IMG/VR virus record: IMGVR_UViG_3300009667_000002 | Coordinates: 1-64,000 of that record | Strand: one strand, 5' to 3' | DNA from: an uncultured virus (IMG/VR IMGVR_UViG_3300009667_000002) | Taxonomy: Duplodnaviria > Heunggongvirae > Uroviricota > Caudoviricetes | Length of the DNA: 64,000 nt | Shown here: positions 1 to 9,624 of the stretch, piece by piece | Position numbering within the stretch: the first letter of the stretch is position 1 | How the letters are laid out: every line of letters begins with the position of its first letter | Position numbers and translations under genes: made by a program | Notes under the pieces: model-generated | What the model was told of the DNA's origin: nothing | Databases searched by the model: none | Seen by the model: the letters and a program-made list of their open reading frames with translations, nothing else

Positions 1-95
1 ACTTTATTGGTTGTGATATTAACCCTAATTGCCTTGAAAAAGCAAAAGAGCGTGGGCTTTTTTCTTTTACGGATGAACCCACAAATGTTGATTAA
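1..95 (+). CDS. 3' end of a probable N6/N4 DNA methyltransferase (partial, not in ORF track)
   Basis: Frame 3 reads FIGCDINPNCLEKAKERGLFSFTDEPTNVD-stop. FIGxDIN...AKER is the typical C-terminus of beta-class DNA MTases. About 37% GC in 1-120, higher than downstream. Confidence 0.65.
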   Translation, partial: FIGCDINPNCLEKAKERGLFSFTDEPTNVD

Positions 96-1401
96 GTGCA
101 CGGTCTTAGCCTTGCATATAACATATGTCTTTAGATTATTTCAAGATTTGAAAATTAATAAAATTAATAATGAAAGGTCAAGAAAATTTGTTTTAGGTTT
201 TATTTGGGGGCAGGAAAATCTTGAATTTTATTGTTTAAAATATCGTAATAAAATTGCTAAAATTTTTAAACATGTATATGGTGAAAAAATGATATCTATT
301 TTATTATCAATTGGAAATAAACTACTTTTAACTGATAATAATCAAATTATACTAACACCAAAAGAACATGGTATTTTAAATAGTTTAGTTTTAAAGTATT
401 ATAATGGTGATTTGATTAAAGCCATAAAATTATTGTTTTTTATTTTCAAGAAAAAACAAGATGTTGATTTGTATAGTGATGTTAATGATTTTCCATTAAT
501 TAGTGAATATCAAAAAGCAAAAATTGATATTAGTGATATAAAGAAAATACCAGAAGAAGTATTAATTGGTTTGATTTCTGATATTAAACATCCACAATAT
601 CATGTTTTATGGTCTAATAAAGAACAAAGAGAATCTACTAAAGCGTTAATTCGTAAAAATGTGGAAGTTACATCAATTAATCAACAAGTTCGTCAAACAA
701 AATCTAATGTTAAATTGGGTGTAGATAAAACTGTTGATTTAAATAAGGCAACTGATTTTCTTGCATTATATAAAACAGGATATGAAAATGGTTTTAGTTT
801 AGAATTAACAAATGCAATTGATAATCTTGCTAATAAAAGAAAAATAAAGGATTTTTATTACACAAATATTGGTATTATTCAAGATGATAGTATTTCAATG
901 ACAGGTAATAAAATTGAATCAAAAAATACTCCAAGAGCAATTGTTGATTTTACTGCTAAAGTATTGTCAAAATCAGTAACAAATCATGTTGTTGTAAAAA
1001 CTAAGGATATTTTTACTGATTTGGGTAGTTCATTTATTGAACTATTAAAAAAGAATGAAACATCTAATTTACAATATGATGCTATTTTTATATTAACCGA
1101 TGGATATGAAAATATTTATGATGGGTTATTGAATGAAATTATTGATGTTTGGAAAATTGAAACAGGTATTGATATTCCAATATTTCAAATTTCCCCAATA
1201 ACAAGTGCTGAAATGGATTCTAATGTTAGAAAAATTGGTGATAATGTTATTACAATGGCAGTTAATAACCCAATTGCAATTCAACCACAAATTTCAGCAA
1301 GATTACTTGAAATTGACACTAAGCGTTGGTTGGAAAATCAAGTTCTTATGCTTGAAGAATCTAATTTAAGTCGTATTAATAAAATTAATGTTAATAACTA
1401 A
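7..1401 (+). CDS. vWA-domain protein, probably 5'-interrupted (genuine coding likely from ~118)
   Basis: MIDAS-like IIQDDSISM and IFILTDGYEN. The first ~37 codons overlap the MTase tail and GC-richer DNA. Confidence 0.6.
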   Translation: MVVILTLIALKKQKSVGFFLLRMNPQMLIKCTVLALHITYVFRLFQDLKINKINNERSRKFVLGFIWGQENLEFYCLKYRNKIAKIFKHVYGEKMISILLSIGNKLLLTDNNQIILTPKEHGILNSLVLKYYNGDLIKAIKLLFFIFKKKQDVDLYSDVNDFPLISEYQKAKIDISDIKKIPEEVLIGLISDIKHPQYHVLWSNKEQRESTKALIRKNVEVTSINQQVRQTKSNVKLGVDKTVDLNKATDFLALYKTGYENGFSLELTNAIDNLANKRKIKDFYYTNIGIIQDDSISMTGNKIESKNTPRAIVDFTAKVLSKSVTNHVVVKTKDIFTDLGSSFIELLKKNETSNLQYDAIFILTDGYENIYDGLLNEIIDVWKIETGIDIPIFQISPITSAEMDSNVRKIGDNVITMAVNNPIAIQPQISARLLEIDTKRWLENQVLMLEESNLSRINKINVNN

Positions 1402-1414
1402 AAAAAATTATACT

Positions 1415-2512
1415 ATGAATACAAGAGAATTTTCAGAATTATTAAAGGGTTGTCGTCCATTAAAAGATATGGATGGTAATATCATCGTTCAATCTATTAT
1501 GAATATGCAAATTGTTTGTTTAACAACGGATAATGAATATTCATTAGATAATCGATTTGGAAATCCTTTAACATCAATCAAATCAAGTAATTCAAGTTAT
1601 GGTCAAATGAGTTTTGTGAATAGTAATGATAAAGAAATTATTATACCAACACAAATGGCTGTTATGACCAAACAAGTTGCTCAAAATCATGGTATGATTA
1701 AAGCGGGTTATGTTGAATCTTATGGAAATACTACTTATCATGATGCTGGTTGTGTTCAAGGTAGTCAAGGTGGACATTTTAAAAATACTTCTGAATTTAG
1801 AATGATTCCTGTAACAATGCGTGAAATGTTATTTGATAGTATTGGTAAAAGTGGTGGATATCCAAGAATTTATCCTGCAATTAATAAATTGGGTAATGAT
1901 ACTAATTCAAATACGGGTAATTATCTTGATAAGTATTTTGATAAGTACGATAAAAAACTTGAACAGTTTATTGCTCATTTTGAAAGACCAAAAAATTTAA
2001 TTGGCGTTATTGTACTTATTGATGGTGAAATTGTTGCTATTGATAAATTTCCATCATTTACGTATGCAGAACAGGTATGGAATTTAATGATTCGTGATTG
2101 TTACGGTTCTTTGGCTATTATTTCAGAATTGAAAAAGAAAACATCAAAGATTGATTTCTATACAACATATCAAAATATGAAAACTAATCATAATGGTAAT
2201 GTTGTTGAATTACTTGAAAAGGTTTTGAAAAAAACTAAAGAAACAATTACTTTAAATGTACATGAAAAAATTCAAGAATTGTTAGATATTGAATTTACTG
2301 CTACATTAGATACTGATGGGCAACCAACATCATCAACATCACCAAAAAGTTATGTTTTAAAAAGCGAAGGATATGTTGGTCAAGTAATATCTGAAAGTGA
2401 ATTTAATCATATGGTGAGTATTGTTAAAAGAGAAAGTTTTAATCCAAATGCATTAAGAGAATTAAATGAATTGAAAAGAAAAGCAAGAAAAATGAAACCA
2501 TTTGACTTGTAA
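1415..2512 (+). CDS. ARPP-like (DUF6569-type) protein
   Basis: QNH, AGCVQGSQG and GVIVLIDGEIVAIDKF motifs; adjacent to vWA gene. Start moved to MNTREF. Confidence 0.5.
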   Translation: MNTREFSELLKGCRPLKDMDGNIIVQSIMNMQIVCLTTDNEYSLDNRFGNPLTSIKSSNSSYGQMSFVNSNDKEIIIPTQMAVMTKQVAQNHGMIKAGYVESYGNTTYHDAGCVQGSQGGHFKNTSEFRMIPVTMREMLFDSIGKSGGYPRIYPAINKLGNDTNSNTGNYLDKYFDKYDKKLEQFIAHFERPKNLIGVIVLIDGEIVAIDKFPSFTYAEQVWNLMIRDCYGSLAIISELKKKTSKIDFYTTYQNMKTNHNGNVVELLEKVLKKTKETITLNVHEKIQELLDIEFTATLDTDGQPTSSTSPKSYVLKSEGYVGQVISESEFNHMVSIVKRESFNPNALRELNELKRKARKMKPFDL

Positions 2513-2535
2513 TTCCTAAATATTTTTTGATTTTG

Positions 2536-2570
2536 AATTCCCCATAAGTTTTTTTTTATGGGGAATTTTT
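2536..2570 (+). terminator. Rho-independent terminator
   Basis: aattccccataa/ttatggggaatt stem followed by Ts. Confidence 0.85.
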
Positions 2571-2600
2571 ATTTTATCTTGTTTTTAATCACATTCTTTT

Positions 2601-2608
2601 GTATTTAT
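2601..2608 (+). promoter_or_regulatory. putative phage late promoter GTATTTAT
   Basis: Motif recurs in about 14 intergenic positions upstream of gene starts. Confidence 0.65.
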
Positions 2609-2723
2609 TATAAATAAAATCGACCTTAAATGGTCGAATTTGTTAATTGGGGGTACGGTCAGTAGGTTATGAAACTTGTGAACAATAAAAATAATAAAAT
2701 TGATGGTATAAGATATTAATAAT

Positions 2724-3869
2724 ATGGCTTTTTTTAGTCGTCCAAATTTAGATGATGTCCAATTTAAACAGTTAAGTGGTACTACATTAACATTATCAGG
2801 TAAAACAATATTTAATAATACTACAGGTTTAATATTAACTGATGATAATGATAATAAAATACCAATTGTTGTAACTGGTGCTAGTAATAATAAAGTTTTA
2901 ACTTATTATGATGGTAAAATTGTATTAATGTCTGGTGGTAGTGGTGGTGGTGGTGTATATTATAATAGTTCACCAACAACATGCACTGTTGGTGGTTTAA
3001 ATTGTGGGACAGATATTTATGGTTGTGAAATTAGTAAAATTTTAGAATGTATTGTTGCACCAGTTTTAATGCCAACATTAACACCAAATTCATACACATT
3101 TACTGAAAAATCATCAACTAAGTTATATCAAGAGGTTGGTTCTGTTATTAGTAGTATTTGTGTTTGTTCGATTTATAATAGAGGTTCTGTTACTCCTTCT
3201 TATGGTGGTACTTCTTATAGAACTGGAATTCCAAGATGTTATAAATATGATTATTACTGTCCTAGTTGTAATTGTTACTATAATATTTGTACTTGTGTTA
3301 CAAACAGTTTTGTTAATACACCAAAATTAAATAATTTTCCAATTTCACATTGTTGTGTTAATAGAATTAGAGGAACTGTTTATTATTGTGAAGGTGAACC
3401 ACCACATTATAGTAATGGTTGCGATATTAGTGGATGTACATGTCCTGCTGGTAGTCTTACTTCTTGTATTAATAAAATTGGTGTTTATCCATATTTTTGG
3501 GGTGTGAGTAACCATACTGGTAGTTTTTCTAGTAATAGTTGTTATCAAAATTGTTTAATTAATAATGCTAGTGGTTGTTGTGTTTGTCCGACAAATGGTA
3601 ATGTGGTTGTTGATAATTATAATTCTTCAGAAAATAGAATTTGGTTAGCAATACCAAATTGTGGTGGTTGTCTTAAAACAAAATGGCAGGGTGGTAATAG
3701 CCTTGAAAATAAAGGAAATATACCGAGTGAAACAGGATTGTTTGATAATAATTCTGTTGTTTGTAATGTTTGTATATCATCACCAAATTCATATTGGTCT
3801 AACGTTCCATATACTTTTTATATTAGTTCATATCCAACATCAATAAATTATAGTATGACTTTTAGTTAA
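2724..3869 (+). CDS. Cys-rich virion/tail-associated protein
   Basis: N-terminus shared with 9625 and 14094 (FKQLSGTTLTLSG); C-terminal domain paralogous to that of 3890; ~28 Cys. Confidence 0.6.
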   Translation: MAFFSRPNLDDVQFKQLSGTTLTLSGKTIFNNTTGLILTDDNDNKIPIVVTGASNNKVLTYYDGKIVLMSGGSGGGGVYYNSSPTTCTVGGLNCGTDIYGCEISKILECIVAPVLMPTLTPNSYTFTEKSSTKLYQEVGSVISSICVCSIYNRGSVTPSYGGTSYRTGIPRCYKYDYYCPSCNCYYNICTCVTNSFVNTPKLNNFPISHCCVNRIRGTVYYCEGEPPHYSNGCDISGCTCPAGSLTSCINKIGVYPYFWGVSNHTGSFSSNSCYQNCLINNASGCCVCPTNGNVVVDNYNSSENRIWLAIPNCGGCLKTKWQGGNSLENKGNIPSETGLFDNNSVVCNVCISSPNSYWSNVPYTFYISSYPTSINYSMTFS

Positions 3870-3889
3870 TATATAAAAAAATATAAGAA

Positions 3890-6508
3890 ATGGCTATTCA
3901 ATATAATGAAAATATAAAAATTGCTGCTCCCAATCCATTAGATTGGAGATATTTAAGTAATAGAACATTAAATGGTAGTCAATTACCATATTCAGGTATT
4001 ACAGAAGTCAATAATAAAATAATACCAAGTGAAAGATATACTGGTTTAACTGTTAATATTAATGGAACAGAATATTGGTATAAAGATGGTATTGGTAATA
4101 ATGATTTAGTTGAAAAAATAGTAGATGGTACTGGATTATTAAGTGGTTACATTACTGGTGCGACTAATTATGGATATTATGAAGGATTATCTAATATTCA
4201 AACATTGGAAATAGTAATAATTGGTATTTTTTCACATTTAAGTGGTGATTATGATTCAACATACCCAAATTTTTATATTGATAATTTAGGTAATTTACAA
4301 ATTGGTATTCCTAGTGATGGTAATGGTAGAAGGGCTTATTTATTGAAAAATAGTATTTATGAAGCATCTTTTGTTTGGAGTGATTATGAGGTTATTGGTT
4401 CATATAAAATTGGTTGGAATTTGGTTGATGTTGATGTTTCAAAATATATTGAAAAATCAGTAAAAACAAGAATAAAAAATTATTACGGTTTACTTAATGA
4501 ACCATATAATGAAATTACTTGGAATCCTAGTGCTGGTGGTTATAATAATGGTAGTTCTTTAATTATTTCAAGTGTTCAAGGTAATCTTAATGGTTTGGGT
4601 AGTGAAATTAAAATTGGAAATCCAATTTATTCACGTACTAAAGATAATTCTCTATATCTTAGAACAATAAAAACAACAACACCGAATATAATAAACATTT
4701 CACATGATGCTGCTTATATAGATATATCAGGTACAACAATTTGTGGTATTAATATAGGAAAAGCCAATGAAATATATTCAGGATTGGATGGTAATAATTT
4801 AAAATTTAGAACAATTCAAGGTAGTGGAAATACAACAGTAAAAACATCTGGTGATAGAATTATTGTTTATAGTTCATCAGATGGTAGTAGTTCAAATTAT
4901 GTGGAATGTGGTAATAATATTGGTTTATATATAGGGAAAAGTGGAACTCAAAGATTGTATTTAGAATATTCTGATGATTATAATTTTGCTGGGTATTATG
5001 ATTCGTTGTATAATAATTATTATATTAATTCTAATGGTGTTCTTTGTGTTGGTAAAATAAATATTGGGGGTGTTGATGTTGGTAGAAGGGGATTTATTCA
5101 TGAAACTAGTGGTGGTTCTATGAAATATACTTCTTTTGTTTGGAGCAATTACGAATCACCATTAGCGAATTGTTATACTATGGGATGGATATTATTGTCT
5201 GGACATCTTGATTGTTTTATTGGTTGTAATGTATTAAGTAAATTACAATCATATTATGAATCATCAATACCATATACTGAAGTTTATTGGTCACCATATT
5301 CTTTTTATAATAATGGTTCTGAGTTATCAATAGAGGTTATTTCAGGGTCAACAATGACAGGTAATACAATTTGTGTTGGTGGTCCGATTTATTCATATGT
5401 TGATAATCAAACAATGTATCTTAGAACTATTAATTCCAAAACCCCAGAAAATCTTAAAGTTTCTTTTGATGGTGCATTTGTTTATTTATCTGCCATTACT
5501 TCAGTTTCTAATGTTTCTACTTGTGGTATTGGCGAAAGTATTGTATATAATTATAATGGTAAAAATTTAAATTTAAAATCAATTGTTGGTAGTGGTGGAA
5601 CACATGTTAAAACATGTGATGATTGTTTGATTATTTGTTCTGATTCTGGTGGTGGAAGTGGTTTTTATGAATTATCATCACCAGCAGCAATCACTCTTGG
5701 TGGTATTTGTCAAGGTGATGTTTTAACAGGTAAAACATCAAATGAAATACTTGAAATGTTATTAGTACCAACACTATATCCAACAATAACAAGTCCTTCT
5801 AGTAGTTTTACATTATCAGAATCGGGATTAAAAGAAATTGGATGCTTAATTTCGTGTATGTCGGCAACTTCAAACTTTAATCGTGGGTCAATTTTACCAA
5901 TTTATTGTGGTGGTCCGTCCCATTCTGTTGGTTTTCCAATATCACATAATTTACAAGGTACTTGTCTTAATACTATAATTTGTAGTGATTTATGTGTAAA
6001 AGTTGATATTTGTGATTATGAAGTTCAACAGGGTATTCAATGTTGGTCAGGTTCTATTAGTTATAATGCACCTAGTAGTCCACCACTTGATAGTCGTGGT
6101 AATCCAATGAGTGCTTGCCCATCAGGTACAACATCAATTAAAGCAAGTTGTATTAATGGTGTATATCCATTGTATGCCACAACATCAAATATTAATGTAT
6201 TAACAAAACAACCATTAGTATCAATGTCAAGTAATTATGTTTGTATAAATTTAGTTAGTGAAGTTGGTGGTAAACAAAAATTTGAAATTCCGTGTGCTTG
6301 GTTATCAAGCAATGAGTTAGATGGAATTTCAACATTTAATACGACTAATAATTCTTGGGAATATGAATCGGGTTCTAAACAAGGCGCATTAACATTTTGG
6401 ACAGAATCTTCTGAAACAGAAACAATTCAAGGTCAAACAGTTGATTATCGTAGATATGAATATAATGGTTCTGATAGAAGTAGTATATCAATAAGATTAG
6501 AATTTTAA
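3890..6508 (+). CDS. tail-fibre-like structural protein with internal ~250 aa duplication
   Basis: N-terminal PLDxR motif; two copies of GRR..SFVWS.YE..YNNGS..PIYS..LRTI. Confidence 0.65.
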   Translation: MAIQYNENIKIAAPNPLDWRYLSNRTLNGSQLPYSGITEVNNKIIPSERYTGLTVNINGTEYWYKDGIGNNDLVEKIVDGTGLLSGYITGATNYGYYEGLSNIQTLEIVIIGIFSHLSGDYDSTYPNFYIDNLGNLQIGIPSDGNGRRAYLLKNSIYEASFVWSDYEVIGSYKIGWNLVDVDVSKYIEKSVKTRIKNYYGLLNEPYNEITWNPSAGGYNNGSSLIISSVQGNLNGLGSEIKIGNPIYSRTKDNSLYLRTIKTTTPNIINISHDAAYIDISGTTICGINIGKANEIYSGLDGNNLKFRTIQGSGNTTVKTSGDRIIVYSSSDGSSSNYVECGNNIGLYIGKSGTQRLYLEYSDDYNFAGYYDSLYNNYYINSNGVLCVGKINIGGVDVGRRGFIHETSGGSMKYTSFVWSNYESPLANCYTMGWILLSGHLDCFIGCNVLSKLQSYYESSIPYTEVYWSPYSFYNNGSELSIEVISGSTMTGNTICVGGPIYSYVDNQTMYLRTINSKTPENLKVSFDGAFVYLSAITSVSNVSTCGIGESIVYNYNGKNLNLKSIVGSGGTHVKTCDDCLIICSDSGGGSGFYELSSPAAITLGGICQGDVLTGKTSNEILEMLLVPTLYPTITSPSSSFTLSESGLKEIGCLISCMSATSNFNRGSILPIYCGGPSHSVGFPISHNLQGTCLNTIICSDLCVKVDICDYEVQQGIQCWSGSISYNAPSSPPLDSRGNPMSACPSGTTSIKASCINGVYPLYATTSNINVLTKQPLVSMSSNYVCINLVSEVGGKQKFEIPCAWLSSNELDGISTFNTTNNSWEYESGSKQGALTFWTESSETETIQGQTVDYRRYEYNGSDRSSISIRLEF

Positions 6509-6519
6509 AATAAATAAAA

Positions 6520-8481
6520 ATGGGAAGAAGTTTAGGTACATTTAAATATTCTGCAAATTATGAAGTAGCAAAAAAAGCACCTTTAGATGCAAGACAACTT
6601 GTAGATAGTTATTCTGATTTATTATTAGAATCTACTTGGTGTGATAGTGATGGTGGTGTTTGGTTGTATGATGGTGCAATCGTTGTTGTTTCAAATGATA
6701 TTGATACTTCCAAGAATGGTGTTTATTGGTTATGTGATGCTTCTAATTATACAAGTGAAGATAGTTGGATTAATGTTGGTTATGATAGTGACTTTATTAT
6801 TGAAAATGGTTTATCTTTAATTAATGCTGGTACAACAATAAGATTGGGTGGTAATTTAGTTACTGGTACAACAATTAATGGTTTAGGATTACATGGTTTT
6901 CATTTTGATTGTATTGAAAATTTTAGAATAAATTCTTCAAATCAATATGAATCGACATTTAATATTGATAATAATGGCATTTGTTTATCACATTCAGGAT
7001 TATCTCTTTCTTTATCTTGTAATTTTGGGTTAAAATATGATGATTGTTATCATGATGTGTTTGAAATACATAGTATTCCTGATGTTTCATATGTTACTGG
7101 TATAACATCTAACATTTATAGTTGTTTTAATAATTATTATACGAAAACAGAAATTAATAATTATTCGGGTAATACTGATGGTAGAATTAGTTTTTTAGAA
7201 GATAATATTATTACGGGTGTAACATGTGTTGGAAGTGGTGTTATACCATATGTTGATGTTCATGAAAAGGAGATTATATTTAATACAATTAAGGGTAGTG
7301 GTGGTACTAAAGTTAGTAAAGTAGGTTATGATATTATTATACATTCAACAACTGGAAGTAGTAGTGGTGGTGATAGTGTTTTTGATTATGATATAGAAGT
7401 TAGTATATGTGAAGGAAAAACTTTTGGTAAATATCTAAATGGTGATGTTATACCATCAAGTGGTAAAACAGCAATAGATGTAATAAAAATGGCATTAAAT
7501 GAAGAAAAAAAACCAACAGTTACTTTAACTTCAAGTGGTGATGATGTTCGATTTGGTTTAGTTGATAAAGAAATTAATTTATGTTTTGATTATGTAATTA
7601 ATACTTTAGATGCTGATGTTGATTGTGTGTGTCTTGAATGGTATGGGGGTGATATTCTTGGTTGGACTGTATTAACTGAATCTGTTGATTGTAAAACGTT
7701 CAAACATTATATTAATGATAGATTTAATGCATGTACAAATTGTTTTAGATATACAGTATATGATACTGCTGGTGCTTCAGAAACTGTATCGTATTCAGTA
7801 ACACCACAACAATATACTGCACCAAATATAAACATATCGTTAAATGGTGATATTACATCACCTGAAACACAAAATTCTAGGGAAAGAGGTAATGTTATTA
7901 GTTGTCCAAGTGGATATGTTTGTAGCAACAGAGAATTAGTTAATATAGTTGGTTGGTGTTTACAAAGATGTTATAGTGGTGATTCATGGAAAACAATATC
8001 ATCGGGTACTAGTTTAAATGAACAATGTATTAATATTCCATCTGTTGAAGATAATACAATAAGTAATAACGCTACTTGTATTAGTTATAGAATTTGTTAT
8101 GAAGATGAATACACAAATGGTTGTGGTGGTAATCAATCGATTGGATTTAAAGATTATTCGTATTGGGGATTTAATAATACATATCCATTGAATAGCAGTC
8201 AAATTCAGACATTAGGTAATAAATGTTTTATGCCTGATGTTTCTTTAAATTGGAATAATATTAATACACCCGCAAATAATTACACATATTATGTGTATCC
8301 AAGTAATTATAGTGATATAACATCGATAATAAAAAATGGTGTGGAACAAGATTTAGGGGCATGGAGTGGATTAACAAACGTTTCCGTTACTAATTTACAT
8401 GGTGTATCGGTAAATTATAAAGTATATAAAACAAACGCAAGACAAGCATATGGTTTAAGTGATTGCATTAAAATAACATAA
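6520..8481 (+). CDS. tail-fibre-like structural protein
   Basis: PLDAR N-terminus; NGL..LGG repeat; YTKTEIN motif; G/S/T/C-rich. Confidence 0.6.
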   Translation: MGRSLGTFKYSANYEVAKKAPLDARQLVDSYSDLLLESTWCDSDGGVWLYDGAIVVVSNDIDTSKNGVYWLCDASNYTSEDSWINVGYDSDFIIENGLSLINAGTTIRLGGNLVTGTTINGLGLHGFHFDCIENFRINSSNQYESTFNIDNNGICLSHSGLSLSLSCNFGLKYDDCYHDVFEIHSIPDVSYVTGITSNIYSCFNNYYTKTEINNYSGNTDGRISFLEDNIITGVTCVGSGVIPYVDVHEKEIIFNTIKGSGGTKVSKVGYDIIIHSTTGSSSGGDSVFDYDIEVSICEGKTFGKYLNGDVIPSSGKTAIDVIKMALNEEKKPTVTLTSSGDDVRFGLVDKEINLCFDYVINTLDADVDCVCLEWYGGDILGWTVLTESVDCKTFKHYINDRFNACTNCFRYTVYDTAGASETVSYSVTPQQYTAPNINISLNGDITSPETQNSRERGNVISCPSGYVCSNRELVNIVGWCLQRCYSGDSWKTISSGTSLNEQCINIPSVEDNTISNNATCISYRICYEDEYTNGCGGNQSIGFKDYSYWGFNNTYPLNSSQIQTLGNKCFMPDVSLNWNNINTPANNYTYYVYPSNYSDITSIIKNGVEQDLGAWSGLTNVSVTNLHGVSVNYKVYKTNARQAYGLSDCIKIT

Positions 8482-8511
8482 AAAATAAATATTAAATTAA
8501 ATATTAAAAAA

Positions 8512-9546
8512 TTGGCATTAAGAAGAAGCGATATTGTAGAACATAATAATCCTAACTTAGCAGTTGTTGATAGTGACTTTGTAAAAGGTGGATTTAGAAC
8601 AAAGGTTAATAATTTAACCGAGTTATATGATTTGTCATTAAAAATCGATGAACCAACAGCATCTGGTCAAATGAAAGAACATGCAACAATTGTGTATGTT
8701 ATAAGTGAAAATGATTATTATGTGTTGGTTGATATTGATAACATTGATAATCACGATGGTTGGAAAAAATTTATTACAAGTGGTAGTGGTGGAACGATTA
8801 TTGGTCTTACAGGAAGTACAAATGGTTTAACTGATAATAACAATATTGTTAGTTTAGGTGGGAATTTAATAACAGAAACAACATTAAACATAAATCAATT
8901 TAATTTAATATTAACAGGAACAACTGGAAGTGTTTTAACTACAATTAGCAGTGGAAGTTCGTCTTATGTTTGTACAAATATTAATGTTAATGAAATTATA
9001 TTAAAAACAAACAATGATTTAAATTCTGCTCAAATTATTATTGATAAAAATACAAATAAAATAATAAATTGTGTTGAAAATGGTGATATTATATTAAGTA
9101 CCTGTTCATATAGTGGTCTTAATGGTAAGATTTGTGTTTGTAGTTGTTCTGGTATTATATATGATAGTTGTTATCATGATAATTATACAAATCGTTCTTT
9201 AGTTGACAAAGAATATGTTGATAATAAATTAGATGGTATTAATGTTAGATATGCTGAACCATTATATCCTTTTTATGCGGAAGAAGATGATGATTTGATT
9301 GCTGTTACTGGATATAGTATTAGTAATGAAGCATATGTTTATTTATTAGATAAACCAAAATTGGGTCAATGTGTTACGATTACAGATATTGAAGGATGTG
9401 CATTAAAATATCCAATTATTATTAATGGTAATGGTAATTACATTAGTAGTGATTCAGATGATTTGGCATGTATTAATAGTGATTATGGTTCAATAACTTT
9501 AAGATATAATGGTATTTTTTGGAGTGTTGTGGCTTTTTATAATTAA
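8512..9546 (+). CDS. tail-fibre-like structural protein (TTG start)
   Basis: NGLT..LGG and RSLVDKEYVD repeats; C-terminal domain (INSDYGS) shared with 9625. Confidence 0.6.
   Translation: MALRRSDIVEHNNPNLAVVDSDFVKGGFRTKVNNLTELYDLSLKIDEPTASGQMKEHATIVYVISENDYYVLVDIDNIDNHDGWKKFITSGSGGTIIGLTGSTNGLTDNNNIVSLGGNLITETTLNINQFNLILTGTTGSVLTTISSGSSSYVCTNINVNEIILKTNNDLNSAQIIIDKNTNKIINCVENGDIILSTCSYSGLNGKICVCSCSGIIYDSCYHDNYTNRSLVDKEYVDNKLDGINVRYAEPLYPFYAEEDDDLIAVTGYSISNEAYVYLLDKPKLGQCVTITDIEGCALKYPIIINGNGNYISSDSDDLACINSDYGSITLRYNGIFWSVVAFYN
8812..8874 (+). repeat. ~63 bp imperfect repeat, second copy at 11116-11178
   Basis: ggaagtacaaatgg(t/a)ttaactgataataa...ttaataaca in two fibre genes. Confidence 0.8.
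9168..9226 (+). repeat. ~59 bp imperfect repeat, second copy at 11853-11911
   Basis: ttgttatcatgata...cgttcttt.gttga.aaagaatatgttgataata (CYHD.YT.RSLVDKEYVDN). Confidence 0.8.
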
Positions 9547-9579
9547 AATAATAAAATGTTAAAATAGTAAAAAAATAAA

Positions 9580-9587
9580 CTATTTAT
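9580..9587 (+). promoter_or_regulatory. putative late promoter CTATTTAT
   Basis: Recurrent intergenic motif. Confidence 0.6.
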
Positions 9588-9624
9588 ATAAAAAAATAAT
9601 AAATGTTTTAAAAGTAAGAATATT

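Noticed and set aside
7..117. ORF-track N-terminus MVVILTLIAL...
   Set aside because: Overlaps the MTase-like frame 3 and GC-richer DNA; probably a chance in-frame extension.
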